Assembly: GCA_964368835.1 (NCBI GenBank)
Contig: CAYJCZ010000003.1
Span: 153 to 64,152, forward strand
DNA from: an uncultured Candidatus Saccharibacteria bacterium
GTDB taxonomy: Bacteria > Patescibacteriota > Minisyncoccia > Phycocordibacterales > UBA6065
DNA length: 64,000 nt
Reading direction: 5' to 3'
Positions 37,895 to 50,200 of the stretch are shown here, one piece after another. Both the position numbers and the translations under genes were made by a program. The notes beneath the pieces are model-generated. The model was not told the origin of the DNA. It made no database searches and saw only the letters and a list, made by a program, of their open reading frames with translations. How positions within the stretch are numbered: position 1 is the first letter of the stretch; each line of letters starts with the position of its first letter.

Positions 37895-38500
37895 ATGACC
37901 GAAGAAAAGCTTTCAGGATCCAAACAAGATGCCATCCTAGTCCAAAAAGCGCTCGCTTCGAGCGATGAATTCGGCCGTATCATCGAAAAGTACCAAGAAC
38001 CCCTCAGGCGCTATATAAGGCGCTTGGCGCGTCCGGGAAAGGATGATCTCGACATACTCCTTCAGGATATATTCATAAAGACCTATGAGAATCTCAACGA
38101 CTTTGACCAAAGCCTTGCCTTCTCTTCCTGGATTTATCGTATTGCACACAACGAGTCAATCGACTTTTTAAGAAGGAAAAAACGGTTTGGAGCATCGCTT
38201 GATGACCCAGCGTATGACGACGACACAATAGCACTCGCAGACACGATTGCTTCTGACACAGATATCGCAAAAGACGCTGACAAGGAATATATCAAGAAAT
38301 CAATCACGGCAGTCCTCCATGAACTTGAACCGAAATATCGTTCCGTACTTGTCCTCAAATTTCTTGAAGAAAAGGATTATGAAGATATTTCAGACATCTT
38401 AAGAAAACCTCCCGGGACGGTAGCAACACTGATCCACCGGGCAAAAAAGGAGTTCAAGAGACTGGCGCAAGAAAAAGGAATGAATCTCGAAGGCATATGA
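37895..38500 (+). CDS. ECF-type RNA polymerase sigma factor (sigma-70 regions 2 and 4)
   Basis: Region 2 FSSWIYRIAHNESIDFLRRKK. Region 4 YRSVLVLKFLEEKDYEDISDILRKPPGTVATLIHRAKKEF. An alternative upstream start lies at 37826. Confidence 0.8.
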   Translation: MTEEKLSGSKQDAILVQKALASSDEFGRIIEKYQEPLRRYIRRLARPGKDDLDILLQDIFIKTYENLNDFDQSLAFSSWIYRIAHNESIDFLRRKKRFGASLDDPAYDDDTIALADTIASDTDIAKDADKEYIKKSITAVLHELEPKYRSVLVLKFLEEKDYEDISDILRKPPGTVATLIHRAKKEFKRLAQEKGMNLEGI

Positions 38501-39207
38501 TAGAAACAAAACACATGAGCATGACATTACAAAAACAAATACTCGATCGCATCAAAACCCAAGGGGTAAAACCTACGCCTAAAGGGTACTTCAAGGTGCG
38601 TGATTATGCGTTGTGGGTGCTACTTGGTCTTTTCCTTGCCGCTGTATCTGTAGGGTTCGGCATGATCATCTATATGATCAAAACCGCTGATCTTACCCTC
38701 TTTGAAAAGCTTGGATTCTCAACTCCTGAAAAGATAATCTACTCCATTCCCTTCTTCTGGATACTTGCAACAGTAGCTACGCTCGGAATCGCATATATAA
38801 ACTTCAGAAACACGCGAAAGGGATACAAGACTAGTGCAAAGCACTTTGCTGTAATCGCGGTTCTCATTGCAGTGGCACTTGGCTCTGGTGCGTATGCCTT
38901 CAATATCGCTCGATTTATTGACAAGGCAGCATCAGCCAGAATTCCACTCTACAACTCGGTGACACCAATTAATACAAACCTGTGGTTTGATCCACAACAC
39001 GGACTCCTCTCAGGAATTGTTAAGGAAAAAAACTCTGATCGAGACTTTACACTCCGTGACCCTGACTCTGTCTTGTGGCATATAACAGGTCTTAACATCA
39101 CCATGCCGTCTGACTTTAAGTTCAGCGCAGGTGATCGAATAAAGCTTATTGGTACTGCAGGTGAAAATGATACGTTCAGTGCAATAGAAATCATTCCTTG
39201 GGAATAA
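38497..39207 (+). CDS. Membrane protein translationally coupled to the ECF sigma factor (candidate anti-sigma factor, non-canonical)
   Basis: ATGA start/stop overlap with the sigma gene. Three or four TM helices and a roughly 90-aa C-terminal extracytoplasmic domain. No recognisable zinc-binding anti-sigma domain. Confidence 0.4.
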   Translation: MIETKHMSMTLQKQILDRIKTQGVKPTPKGYFKVRDYALWVLLGLFLAAVSVGFGMIIYMIKTADLTLFEKLGFSTPEKIIYSIPFFWILATVATLGIAYINFRNTRKGYKTSAKHFAVIAVLIAVALGSGAYAFNIARFIDKAASARIPLYNSVTPINTNLWFDPQHGLLSGIVKEKNSDRDFTLRDPDSVLWHITGLNITMPSDFKFSAGDRIKLIGTAGENDTFSAIEIIPWE

Positions 39208-39215
39208 AAACAAAA

Positions 39216-39246
39216 GGCCGGTCCCGAAGGGACCGGCCTTTTGTTT
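39216..39246. terminator. Bidirectional intrinsic terminator between convergent operons
   Basis: GGCCGGTCCC-gaa-GGGACCGGCC flanked by AAAACAAAA and TTTTGTTT. Confidence 0.7.
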
Positions 39247-41542
39247 ACTGTCGAATCACTGTTCCACTACCAAGATTGTAAAGCTGTTTTGCTTCTGCCG
39301 CTGTAACGCCTCTATTATATATACGTAAATCATCCATTACACCCGGGAACATGTATGTACCCACCAGACCTTCCTGATACCCAATATCAAGATTGTCTGT
39401 TCCGCTTACAACCTGAGTTCCATAAGTATCCGTCTGAATTTCTGCACCATTTAAGTAACCTTTTATGGCACTACCGGTTCTTGTATACAAAACGTGATAC
39501 CACGTATTAAGTGCTATACCGCCAGGAAAACTAAAGGCTGACGCTCCCGCTCCATTGAGCCAAAGAGTGATACTTTCAGAGTAACCCGGATTATAAATAT
39601 ACAAACCGTATTCGGCCTTGTTCGGACCTTTATTTATTATGTTTATATAAGGATCACCTACACGGGAGAGCTTGAACCAGACTGAAAAAGTAAAATCAGT
39701 TAATGTCTCAAGACTCGAGTTAGAGGGTACGGTAATGTAATCATCTACACCATCAAACTTAAGACCCTGAGATATCTTACCTGTCGTAGGCGCGGTCGCT
39801 TGGGTCATGTTCGTCAAGGTACCATCATTACCTCGTCCTGATCTGTCATATAGAGATCCAGCCGTCGCACTTGTCCAACCAACATCAGAACCGTTGAAGG
39901 GCCAGTAGCCTACAAGACCGTTTATGACCTTCGATTTTTCAGCACCACCGACTGTTGCCACACCAGAAGTATAAAGGCTTCTGACCTCTGCATTACTTAA
40001 TTGTCTTGTATACACTCGAACGTCGTCAATTGAACCCGTAACATACTCTCCAGCAACAGCTGCAAATCTTCCAACATTCCATGTAGTATCGCCGGAATAA
40101 TAAGCGCCTGCTTGTCGCGAACCAACCTCTACACCATCTTGATACACTCTCTGCATGAGGGACGAATCCAGAGTTACAACTATATGGGTCCACCGATTAG
40201 CGATATCCGTTAACGTTACATCGACATCATCATTGAACAAAGCAAATCTGACGGAGGTGTTCGATAACAATCTCAGATGTATTGCTTTATTTGAATTTTG
40301 TTCAGTACCCAATGAAAAATAAGTTTCATTTGCAGTGTAGTTGGTTCTAATCCATGCGCTTATAGTAAAGGGTGTGCCAGCAAGATTTACTCCGGAACCG
40401 GAAACATAATCATTAACTCCATCAAGTGATACAGCTTTACCAAATTTACCGTTTGTCCATGTTGCACCCGATAAGCTTCCGCTATTATTATTTCCTGAAA
40501 AATCTCCAGCAACTGTTCCCGACCCTTCATTCATAGACCAATAACCAACAAGCCCTAGGTTGTTTGCAGGCTTCGACAAAGTTACCCGTGTTGCAGCAGC
40601 GCCAGGTGTATAAGTTATAACAATTATTCCTTGGGCAGAATCATTACCAGATGATGCATATGCTCCACCGGAAGACCCTCCTCCATACAATCCGCCTGCT
40701 CCTCCTGTACCCGAGCTCTGACACGTACCTCCTGCTCCACCACCAGAACCATGAGTTGCGTCCCACTCTGTACCCGCACCTCCGTTTCCTGCTGTACCTC
40801 CGGCATACCCAATTCCACCTCCACCTCCACCATCCACTCCATGATTTCCAGGAGATGTGAATCCTACAGACGCACCTCCACCAACCCCCAGGTAGTTATT
40901 ACCTCCAGCACCACTGTTAAAGTCACCAGGACCGCTGGTACCCGCAGAACCTCCACCACCACCTCCACCTCCAGCACCACCATAAGTTAATCCGACCCCT
41001 CCGGCGCCACCAACACCATTTGGCCCTCCAGCACCACCAGCTCCTCCAGGACAGCTTGTGTCGTTACTTGCCCCACCAGCTCCACCAGAATACTTAACAT
41101 CTCCAACACCAGATGCAGATGCGCCTCCTGGTCCCGTATAACTTCCCCCTTTTGCTCCAACCACCACCGCGGTTCCACCAATTGACGCACAGTTAGAAGT
41201 TGAATTACAGAGGTAGGTGTCTTCACCGTCCACACCGTCAGCACCAGAACTTCCCGCCCCCACATTTATACCAACACTACCACCCGGTGTGAGGGTAACA
41301 TTTGTTGATTTTGAATACGCTCCACCCCCTCCTCCAAAGTCAGCATTTGCCCCACGAGCACCCGCACCAATCACCTCGATAGTATTATTTGAATTATTCC
41401 AATCACTCGGCACCGACCATGAAGTGGCGCCAGTATCCGTGAGAAAAATCACCGTTGCATCCGCATGGACTTCAGCCACAGGTAACAAACCTAATGGCAG
41501 GATGAGTGATATCTGAAGCAATAGTGAGAAGGTCTTTTTCAT
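39245..41542 (-). CDS. Secreted protein with an N-terminal glycine-rich region and two LamG/concanavalin-A-like domains
   Basis: Signal peptide. About 300 aa of GGxGG-type Gly-rich repeats. Two LamG-like units with VGYWSMNEGSGT...DDVRVYTRQLS and VGYWPFNGSD...DDLRIYNRGVT. Confidence 0.7.
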   Translation of the reverse strand: MKKTFSLLLQISLILPLGLLPVAEVHADATVIFLTDTGATSWSVPSDWNNSNNTIEVIGAGARGANADFGGGGGAYSKSTNVTLTPGGSVGINVGAGSSGADGVDGEDTYLCNSTSNCASIGGTAVVVGAKGGSYTGPGGASASGVGDVKYSGGAGGASNDTSCPGGAGGAGGPNGVGGAGGVGLTYGGAGGGGGGGGSAGTSGPGDFNSGAGGNNYLGVGGGASVGFTSPGNHGVDGGGGGGIGYAGGTAGNGGAGTEWDATHGSGGGAGGTCQSSGTGGAGGLYGGGSSGGAYASSGNDSAQGIIVITYTPGAAATRVTLSKPANNLGLVGYWSMNEGSGTVAGDFSGNNNSGSLSGATWTNGKFGKAVSLDGVNDYVSGSGVNLAGTPFTISAWIRTNYTANETYFSLGTEQNSNKAIHLRLLSNTSVRFALFNDDVDVTLTDIANRWTHIVVTLDSSLMQRVYQDGVEVGSRQAGAYYSGDTTWNVGRFAAVAGEYVTGSIDDVRVYTRQLSNAEVRSLYTSGVATVGGAEKSKVINGLVGYWPFNGSDVGWTSATAGSLYDRSGRGNDGTLTNMTQATAPTTGKISQGLKFDGVDDYITVPSNSSLETLTDFTFSVWFKLSRVGDPYINIINKGPNKAEYGLYIYNPGYSESITLWLNGAGASAFSFPGGIALNTWYHVLYTRTGSAIKGYLNGAEIQTDTYGTQVVSGTDNLDIGYQEGLVGTYMFPGVMDDLRIYNRGVTAAEAKQLYNLGSGTVIRQ

Positions 41543-41563
41543 TCCTTTTATTCTACCAAACTA

Positions 41564-43681
41564 TTACCTAGCAAGGTTATAAAGCTGCTTTATTTCCGAC
41601 TCCGAAAGTACTCTGTTATATATCCTGAAATCATCAATAGTGCCTGGATGGTAGTACACAATACTCGATGCATTGTTATTAAAGGCCCCAATCAACATAT
41701 TAGAAAAGCTAGTTGGGCTGTCTGACGACGCCTCGGAAGCCGCAAGCACACCGTCAAAATATATAGCCTTATAGTTACCGCCATTTCCTGCCGAAACAAG
41801 TGTCACATATGTCCATTTACCTATATGGGCCGCATAGCTAGTTGAAATTCTTCCCGAACCACTCAAGTCACCATAATCCCAATACACACTCCCATCACTC
41901 CAAGGCACGTGGGCCTGAAAACGAATAGTGTCATTTGTATCTGCTCCAAAAGCAGATGCACCATCACCCGGCGTTGACGCTACATAATTCCAAAAAGAAA
42001 CAGTAACCGGACCTCCCAACCATGAGAACGTTGAGGCGTTTACATAATCATTTACTCCATCAAACTTCAAAGCTTGACCGAGTTTACCAATAGCTGTTGT
42101 CGTGGCAGTTTGACCAAATAAATTTCCGTGCTTACCTTGTCCACTCTTGTCTCTTACGTTTGGGTTCATATCCGCTCCGTCGAAGGTCCAATGCCCTACC
42201 AAACCGGATGAAAGTGATCCCCGGGAGGTGTTTTGGGTACTATTTAATTTTGAACCGCCCATTGCATACAATTGCTTTATTTCATTTGCTGATAACGCAC
42301 GGCTATATGTTCGTGCATCATCCAGGTACCCGTGAAAATCAGAACTCAATATTGTCTCAGTTGTTGGCGTGGTTGGCGTTGTTACAGCTGATAGTCCTGT
42401 ATCCACACCGTTTGCATAAAGTCTCCATGTACCTGCATTCCGAACCGCCACAATATGCGTCCACTCTCTTGTTGGCATCTGATACGTTGAATTCAAAACA
42501 TTACATGATATTCCACCGATCAAAATATCAAGCTTATTACCCGTACCACAAGCACTACCGTCGATAATCAAACCGTAACCATTTGCACCTGTGTTTCCGT
42601 TATACAAAATTACTTGCAAACCACTCGTGTCGAGCCAATATGCCCAAATAGAAAGTGTTACGTTATCAAGTTGGGTCATAACAACCGACGACACTTTAAC
42701 ATCATCATCCGCATCGACACTCAGCGCTTGCCCTATTTTACCTGGCACTGAGGTTGTGGAAGTTTGACCTGTGATATTCGCATGCTTACCCTGTCCACTC
42801 AAATCTCTAACATTGGGCACCATGTCTTTACCATCAAAAGTCCAATGTCCAGTTAACGAAGATTGAAGTCCGGTAGGAGAACCTGACGAAGAAACCTTTG
42901 TTCGATTCGAATTATACAATCCCTTTATTTCACCTAGCGAAAGTGCTCGGTTATATATGCGAATATCATCAAGTTTTCCATTGTAATTGAAATACGTCGC
43001 AGGCCCTGTGTGATAGCGCGCACCGAGTGATACGTCTACATTTTCATGAGGAAACGTAAAAGGGCGTGTACCCGCTTGATCAACCCACGTCTCCTGAGCG
43101 CCATTCAAATATATTTCAGGGTTGTTTGAAGCGTCCACCACAACCACCGCGTGATACCACGTACCACAACTAACAGCAGTACTTCCACGACCGGCTTCAC
43201 CATATATATCTCCGCCAACTGGTCCTCCCACAAAAGATACATACCCACCATCAAGCTGAAGCTGATATTGAATACTGGTATCACTCGATCTTTTCGCAAG
43301 TATCGATCCAGACGAAGCAGCACAATTAAACCAGGTGCTTATCGTAAAAGGACCGTTTGTAAAATCCAACGCATGCCCTCCTCCGCTTGAACTTTTGACC
43401 CTTACCACATCATCAGAGCCATCAAATAAAAGTGCCTGCCCAAGAGGTCCTAAAACTGACGTTGTAGCAGTAAAACTTTCCAAAATACCATTGTGCCCGT
43501 ATCCACTACTATCACCAACATCCTGTAACATTTTTCCACCATCAAAGGTCCAGTGACCTACAAGCCCTAGCTGATTTGATGGTTTGTTTAGAGTCGCAGC
43601 AAAAACGTCCTCATAGAAAAAGAAACCCATGAGTACTATCGGAAAAAATATCCAGAAATGTATGTGGTTTTTTATTTTCAT
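41564..43681 (-). CDS. Secreted protein with three tandem LamG/concanavalin-A-like domains
   Basis: Signal peptide. Three repeats of (L)VGHWTFDG...DDIRIYNRALS with the conserved W and Y-H core. Confidence 0.7.
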   Translation of the reverse strand: MKIKNHIHFWIFFPIVLMGFFFYEDVFAATLNKPSNQLGLVGHWTFDGGKMLQDVGDSSGYGHNGILESFTATTSVLGPLGQALLFDGSDDVVRVKSSSGGGHALDFTNGPFTISTWFNCAASSGSILAKRSSDTSIQYQLQLDGGYVSFVGGPVGGDIYGEAGRGSTAVSCGTWYHAVVVVDASNNPEIYLNGAQETWVDQAGTRPFTFPHENVDVSLGARYHTGPATYFNYNGKLDDIRIYNRALSLGEIKGLYNSNRTKVSSSGSPTGLQSSLTGHWTFDGKDMVPNVRDLSGQGKHANITGQTSTTSVPGKIGQALSVDADDDVKVSSVVMTQLDNVTLSIWAYWLDTSGLQVILYNGNTGANGYGLIIDGSACGTGNKLDILIGGISCNVLNSTYQMPTREWTHIVAVRNAGTWRLYANGVDTGLSAVTTPTTPTTETILSSDFHGYLDDARTYSRALSANEIKQLYAMGGSKLNSTQNTSRGSLSSGLVGHWTFDGADMNPNVRDKSGQGKHGNLFGQTATTTAIGKLGQALKFDGVNDYVNASTFSWLGGPVTVSFWNYVASTPGDGASAFGADTNDTIRFQAHVPWSDGSVYWDYGDLSGSGRISTSYAAHIGKWTYVTLVSAGNGGNYKAIYFDGVLAASEASSDSPTSFSNMLIGAFNNNASSIVYYHPGTIDDFRIYNRVLSESEIKQLYNLAR

Positions 43682-43683
43682 TA

Positions 43684-44220
43684 TTATTCAAACTTCCAGG
43701 TCGAAAATATTGACTGAAGAAGCGAATCAAGTCGTGCGTACGTCGAAATTTGATACAAAGAACTCTTGTACACAAACCAGACATCTCGAGACGCCCCGCC
43801 GAAATCAGGATTGTCACTTAGAAACGCTACACCTTTATGTTCTGATCCAATATCCACCGACTGTATATTTTCCATCTTTAAGTCTGGGATATCTGCTTTG
43901 ACCATATCGCTTGTTAGCACCTTTATGTTGTCAAAAGGGCTAATAAGAATCTGTATCCCGTCGCCAGCTTTATTTTCAAATATAATTGTGTCACCCGCAT
44001 CAGTCGTGAGTTCACGAGGATTGTAGTCGGCAGGTAAAGTAACCGCAAACCCATATTTTTTGTTTGCATATAATGAGCCTCCATTTGGTAGTTTTACTGT
44101 CTCCCCCTTAAGACTACTGCCCTGTTCTACCTGTGTAGACCAGCTGTAACCAAATGACAAATATATAGCCCCCAGAAGAACTAGAATCGCGAGAATGGTG
44201 ATGATGATTGTTTTTTTCAT
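43684..44220 (-). CDS. Small secreted/membrane-anchored protein (178 aa)
   Basis: N-terminal signal/anchor MKKTIIITILAILVLLGAIYLSF. Immediately downstream of the giant fibre gene in the same operon. Confidence 0.5.
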   Translation of the reverse strand: MKKTIIITILAILVLLGAIYLSFGYSWSTQVEQGSSLKGETVKLPNGGSLYANKKYGFAVTLPADYNPRELTTDAGDTIIFENKAGDGIQILISPFDNIKVLTSDMVKADIPDLKMENIQSVDIGSEHKGVAFLSDNPDFGGASRDVWFVYKSSLYQISTYARLDSLLQSIFSTWKFE

Positions 44221-44244
44221 AGTTGTGTTAATAATTTAATGTAA

Positions 44245-47200
44245 TTAAGGAGTTTCAGCTGGGACTTCGGGTACTGGAGCCGGATCTACAACCGGCGGCT
44301 CCACTAAAGGTGTTTCCTCTACTGGCGGCACAGGCTCCTCTTCTATGACTGGTGGTGTTGTCGTGCCGTTGTCCCCCGTGTCTCCATTATTATCTATTAC
44401 ATCTGGGGTTGTTGTTCCTGTATCACCACCTTCATCACCATCATTATTTGGAGGTATCGCAGGTGTTGGAACGTATGACCCACACTCTCCCGGTTCAGTT
44501 CTCATAATTCCTGCTTCCATATAAATACATGTTGGTAGGCCGCTTGATCTATCAAGAACTGTGACTCCAGACTTTGCGAGATTGTCTATGTCGCCAACCC
44601 TGAGAGTCTTTGTTTGTATTGTGTCCGCCTCGACTGTTTTGATATAAGCGATATTTGCAGTTAAGCTTTCAGCCACTACAGAAACAAATGTTGCAATCGC
44701 ATTTTCTATTTTTGCTCCGAGTGACTCAATCCAGCCTGACACAATCGCAATAGTTGTAGAAGCAGTTGTTGTTGCAGTTGATGAAGCGAATTCGTCTGTT
44801 GTAGAAGCAATCACTCGTTCAAATCCATTTGCTTCGGCATATGTTTCGAGCGCTGCAAGTCTACCTTCAATACCAAGCATTCGATTCTCTAGATTTGTTA
44901 CAGATAGATTAAGTGATTTAATCGCTTCGATTATAAACGGTGTAAATCCGCCGTACGCTACGCTCTTGAGGCCGTTTGTTCCTGTTGTTACAAGCTCAGG
45001 GAACACAGCCTCTACGTCCTGTGCAATAAATCCGTAACGAAGTGAGTCGCTTGTATCTTCTTTATTCCACCTGAATGAAACTGCCTGAAGCTGCGCCATT
45101 CTCTGGAGAGTTTCATCTGTTGCCACATTCTGTATATCCTTTTTAAGAGATCTGTCTGAAGTACATGTCCATGTTGTTGATGTAGGGTTTATTTCGCAAT
45201 ATCCATTTGCATCTTCAAATCGCACAGGTGCTTCGTCTGCTGTTGTATAGACATGTAATTTCCTCTGTGGAGTCGAGGTGCCGATGCCAACTCCTGAATC
45301 CTGAATTCCACCAGAACCGTTTGCTTCTGCGTATACAGTCAATATTGGATTGCTATCAATCTGCGCGCTATAGCTTTGTACTGTGTTTGCTGCAGCAGAA
45401 GATGAAACTGGCAAATCTGACCAGCTAACGATTCCGGCATCTGTATCAAATGACAGTGATCCAGAAAGATTAAGGCCGTTTATTGATGTAATTCCAGATG
45501 AGTAATCATAGACAAGCGCGCCGCTTCCAACATCAAGACCTCCGGCTATAGTTGATGTTGCTGTTGTGGATGTTGCGGTGAAGTTTCGAGAAACAGTCTC
45601 ACCTGCCACTGAAAGCTTTGCGTATGGAGATGTTGTACCGACACCAACTTTTCCAAACGCATCAATTATAAACGCAGTAGAAGTTGCTGTTCCGGCTGTA
45701 GATGAAGCTACAACAAAGAGTGGTGCTGAGCTACTTGTGGTTGCCTGCACTGTTAGCTTTGCATATGGAGACGTCGTGCCAACACCAACATTTCCAGAGC
45801 TATCAACCGCAAGAATAACATCAAGTGGATTTGTGTTTGCACCTGAGTAGAAATAAGTATCGCCACCAGCAACATTTCTAATCTCAAGCGACCCTACACG
45901 ATGAGCACCGGCTGAAGCCGTGGCCATGAAATCAATTACCGCCTTATCTACTCCTCCGTCGCTCAGCAAGATGTGTGGCCCTCGAGTTGTTGCAGATCCA
46001 ATTGATCCAAGTTCAATTACGGGTATTCCTGAGCCCACAATCTCAAGAAGGCTTGTTGCGGTAGTTGTTCCGATTGCAAGGCTTCCTGCTATGTATGCGT
46101 TACCTGTGGTTGTTGCGCCCCCGTTGATGGTGAGTCCACCCGCCTGAGCACCCGAACCAATCGTAGATGAAGCATTCAAAATAAGTCCTCGGGTTGTTGT
46201 TGGAGCGAGATAGCCGTTTCCTTGTACTGAGAAATCTCGGAACTGTGAAGCATAGTAATTTGAGGACGTAGTCGCCCATGTACCCCCCACACCTCCTTCA
46301 TCAGTACCGCAAGAAAGCACTCCGTTTGCATCAGTGTCTATAGTGTTACATCCCACAAGACCTGTGAAAGCCACAGTACCTGTTGCTGTAAGGTTTCCTC
46401 CTATATATGCAGAGCCTGCAGTAGAGAGTTTTGCAAATGGTGACGTGGTGCCAACACCAAGATTGCCGTGAATAAATGTAGTTCCATCTCCAAGAATCGA
46501 GAATCGAGTACTTGTAGCGGTTGATACCTTAAAGAGTCCAGCGGTAGTAAGTGAATGAATTGTATCGAATTCGTATGCACTTCGTTCCACAGGATCAGAG
46601 GTAAGAAGCATGGTGTTATCTCGAGCTGGATGGAAGTAGAGCAAGTCAATACCGTTTGTATGTACATCAGTAATTACATTTGAACCTAAATAGAATGCTT
46701 CTGACATGTCCCCTTCATTTTCTTCGGTAGCGAGTGCCCCTATTCCTATGTCGAAATACGTTGACGTTGCTGCGCGTTCAGTGGAGAGCGAAAGACCCGC
46801 ATTGGCAGCCTTTGAAAATATATAGCTATCCGTGTTACTTCCAAGAGCAACATTGTCGCCTGTAACATTCAATCGGCTTAAAGTATCTGTCACTGTAGAC
46901 TGTACAGTTTGGTTCGTGGCTACGCTTGCAGGATCGTACACACCGAACAAAAATCCATTTACATTTTTCTCGAAACTGCCAGGAACCATTGTCTTCATGC
47001 TAGCAATCGAGTATTTGTATGCTGACGAAGCCTCACCCATGGTTTGATCCATAAATGATTTTGTGGTTGACCCCATAGTGACTGATCCATTTCCATAGAC
47101 ACCGAATTGCTCATATCCACCTGATCTCAAAGAGGTAAGACGCATGTCTGGGTAAAGAATTTCTTCTGCACTTGAGTCATATCCATCCCACGCTAAAGCC

Positions 47201-50200
47201 CCAGATGTGTCCACTGTAAATGCTGTACCCTGTGTAAACACATTAACCGGAGTCACGCTTGATACTACAGAAAGTTTTGCGTATGGAGATGTTGTACCAA
47301 TACCAACATATCCAACTGATCCTGCTGCACCGAGGACAGTAAGTTTTGCAGCATCAGAAGGTCCGATCATGAGAGAGTTTGCAACATCGTTTGTAATGTC
47401 TGCGCCCAAGATTGTGGTTGATGCAGCAGATGCTGTATTTTTGTAACCAATGACTGTTGAGCTTGCTGCGGCAGTAGTGTAATTTTGGTATCCAAAGACA
47501 CTTGCAGAGTCACTAAATACGTCAGACGCGTTGTCATAGCCAAATACAGAAGCTCGTTTACCTTTAACATAGTTACTGTATCCAACAAGAGTTGCGTATG
47601 ATGATCCAACATCAACGTAATTGCTTGCACCCAAGAGAGTTGCGAATGGACTATCCGTATAATCTACAACGTTAGACAGACCAATTAGAGTTGAACTTGC
47701 TGCTACAGAGTAGTTGTTGTAACCAAAGAGGGATGAATAGGCGCCCGACTGTTCAGAGCCAAATGAAGAATTTTCACTTTGTACTTCTACTGACTTAAAT
47801 CCACGCGCACCACCTGTTGCTTGTCCTATGAGAACCTCACTGTTAGAACCTAATAGTTTGAGCTTGCCTGTGATTGAAGCAGTATTAATATTTGGATCAA
47901 AGTAGAACTCAGCAGTTGTGGTTGAGTTAGAGCCAATAGCAACAACATCGCTCGTATTGTTTGGATAGTTTATGAGAGTGCCTGAAACTGTCGATGTTGT
48001 TGTTGACCATGAACCCCCGCCAGAACCTCCACCGGCTCCACATGCTGAGCCCGTGCCTGTGACCTGGCCGAGTGAGTTAACTTGAAGACACTGAGTAGAG
48101 CCGGTGATAGATGTGATAGCGAGGTTGGTTGTAGATGCTGTGCCTGTTGCAGTGAGGTTTCCTCCTATATATGCAGAGCCGGCGACAGAGAGGAGTGCGA
48201 ATGGAGATGTGGTACCGATTCCAACGTTGCCTGTTATATAAGATACTGCAGATGATGAAGATGAAGTATTAAACCATGGGCCAACAGGAGCGTTTAATCG
48301 TGCAATGTAATTTTTATTAAGATTCGCATTTGAAGTTATAGGCGCGCGATAGATTACGTTTGTATATGAACTTCCGTTATATCCACCAAAGAGGTACACA
48401 TTATCTCCAATAACTGAAACTTGTGATACATCTAGGTTTCCAGGAATCGTGTATCCCGTATCAGTCCAGCTTGTTGGATTTGAAACTGGTGCGCGGTAAA
48501 TCACGTTTGTGTATGAACCATTGTAGCCACCAAAGAGATACACATAATCGCCGACGACCGCAATCTGAGATCGATTGAGGGCGGCCGGAAGTGTTGCTCC
48601 CGTATTAGTCCAGCTAGTTGGATTTGAAACTGGTGCTCGATATATAACACCACTTGCACTTCCCGTGTCTCCGCCAAAGAGGTATACATAATCGCCAAGA
48701 ACAAGACCTTGAGAATAACCTAGATTTCCTGGAAGTGTTGCTCCCGTATTAGTCCAGCTTGTTGGATTTGAAACTGGTGCGCGGTAAATTACATTCGTAA
48801 CACTTCCATTGTCTCCTCCATAAAGATAGATATAGTCTCCAATAACAAGTACTTGTGAGTTACCAAGATTTCCTGGGAGTGTTGCACCTGTATTAGTCCA
48901 GCTTGTTGGATTTGAAACTGGTGCGCGGTAAATCACGTTTGTATATCCTGAACCGTATCCTCCAAAGAGATACACATAATCTCCAATTACAAGCACCTGA
49001 GAATTCTGAAGAATTCCAGGGATTGTTGCTCCAGTGTTTACCCAGCTTGTTGGGTTTGAAACTGGTGCGCGATATATAGTACTTGCAACACTCGAGTTAT
49101 TTCCTCCAAAGAGATACACGTAATCACCAATTACAGCTGACTGTGATTCACCAAGATTTCCTGGGAGTGTTGCGCCGGTGTTTACCCAGCCACCTTCAGT
49201 AAGTTGATATCGTACAGATGCAGCTGATGAAATCGGTGTCCAATTAGAAGCAAGAATTGTCGATGATGAGTACGCATTTCTAAATTCAATAACTCCCCCG
49301 TTCTCACGAATACCATAGCCACCAGAACCTGACTGGAATGCTGAACCAAAGTTTACATATCGGCCCGTGCCCTCCAAATAAAGATTTCCATATGCAGTAA
49401 TGCTTGATGTTGCAGCAGGAGTTGTTGTACCAATTCCAAGTCGTGAGGCAAAATAGGCATTTCCTGTGGTAGTAGAGTTAGTTGTTGTTGCATTCACCAA
49501 AGTTACGTTAGCAAGAGTTGAAGATGCGGTGAGAATAAGTCCTCGTGTAGTCGTCGGTGCAAGATATCCGTTTCCCTGAACAGTGAATGCAGAGAAGTTT
49601 GAAGCATAGTAGTCAGAAGATGATGTAGCCCATGATGATGAACCAGCTCCGCAAGCAGAGCCTGTACCTGATACTTGGCCGAGTGAGTTAACTTGGAGAC
49701 ACTGTGTAGAGCCTGTGATAGATGTGATAGCGAGGTTGGTTGTAGATGCGGTGCCTGTTGCTGTGAGGTTTCCTCCTATATATGCATTACCTGCGACTGA
49801 TAGAAGTGCGAATGGTGATGTGGTACCAGCACCAATACCTGTTGCGCTAACAGTGAGTGTTGGATTAGCTGTGTATCCCACCTGGAAGGTATCTGCAGAT
49901 GAGTTGGTGAACCCCTTACCGAATGCGGTTGAGAGAGCTGCGGTTGCGTTTACGTTGTCTCCAAAAGCGAATGAACCGCTGCCTGTAGACGTAACAGCTC
50001 CTGCATTTGCATAACCTGCAGCAAATGATCCGTCTCCTGAAGACGTCAAATTCCTAAATGCATATCCAAATGCAACCGATCCGTTTGCTGACGCACTCAA
50101 TGTTGCAGGAGCAGCAATTCCAACAGCAACTCCATATGCAAGTGATCCACTACCAGAGGAAAGAATTGATGCGTTTCCTGAGCCAAGAATACCGCTTGCA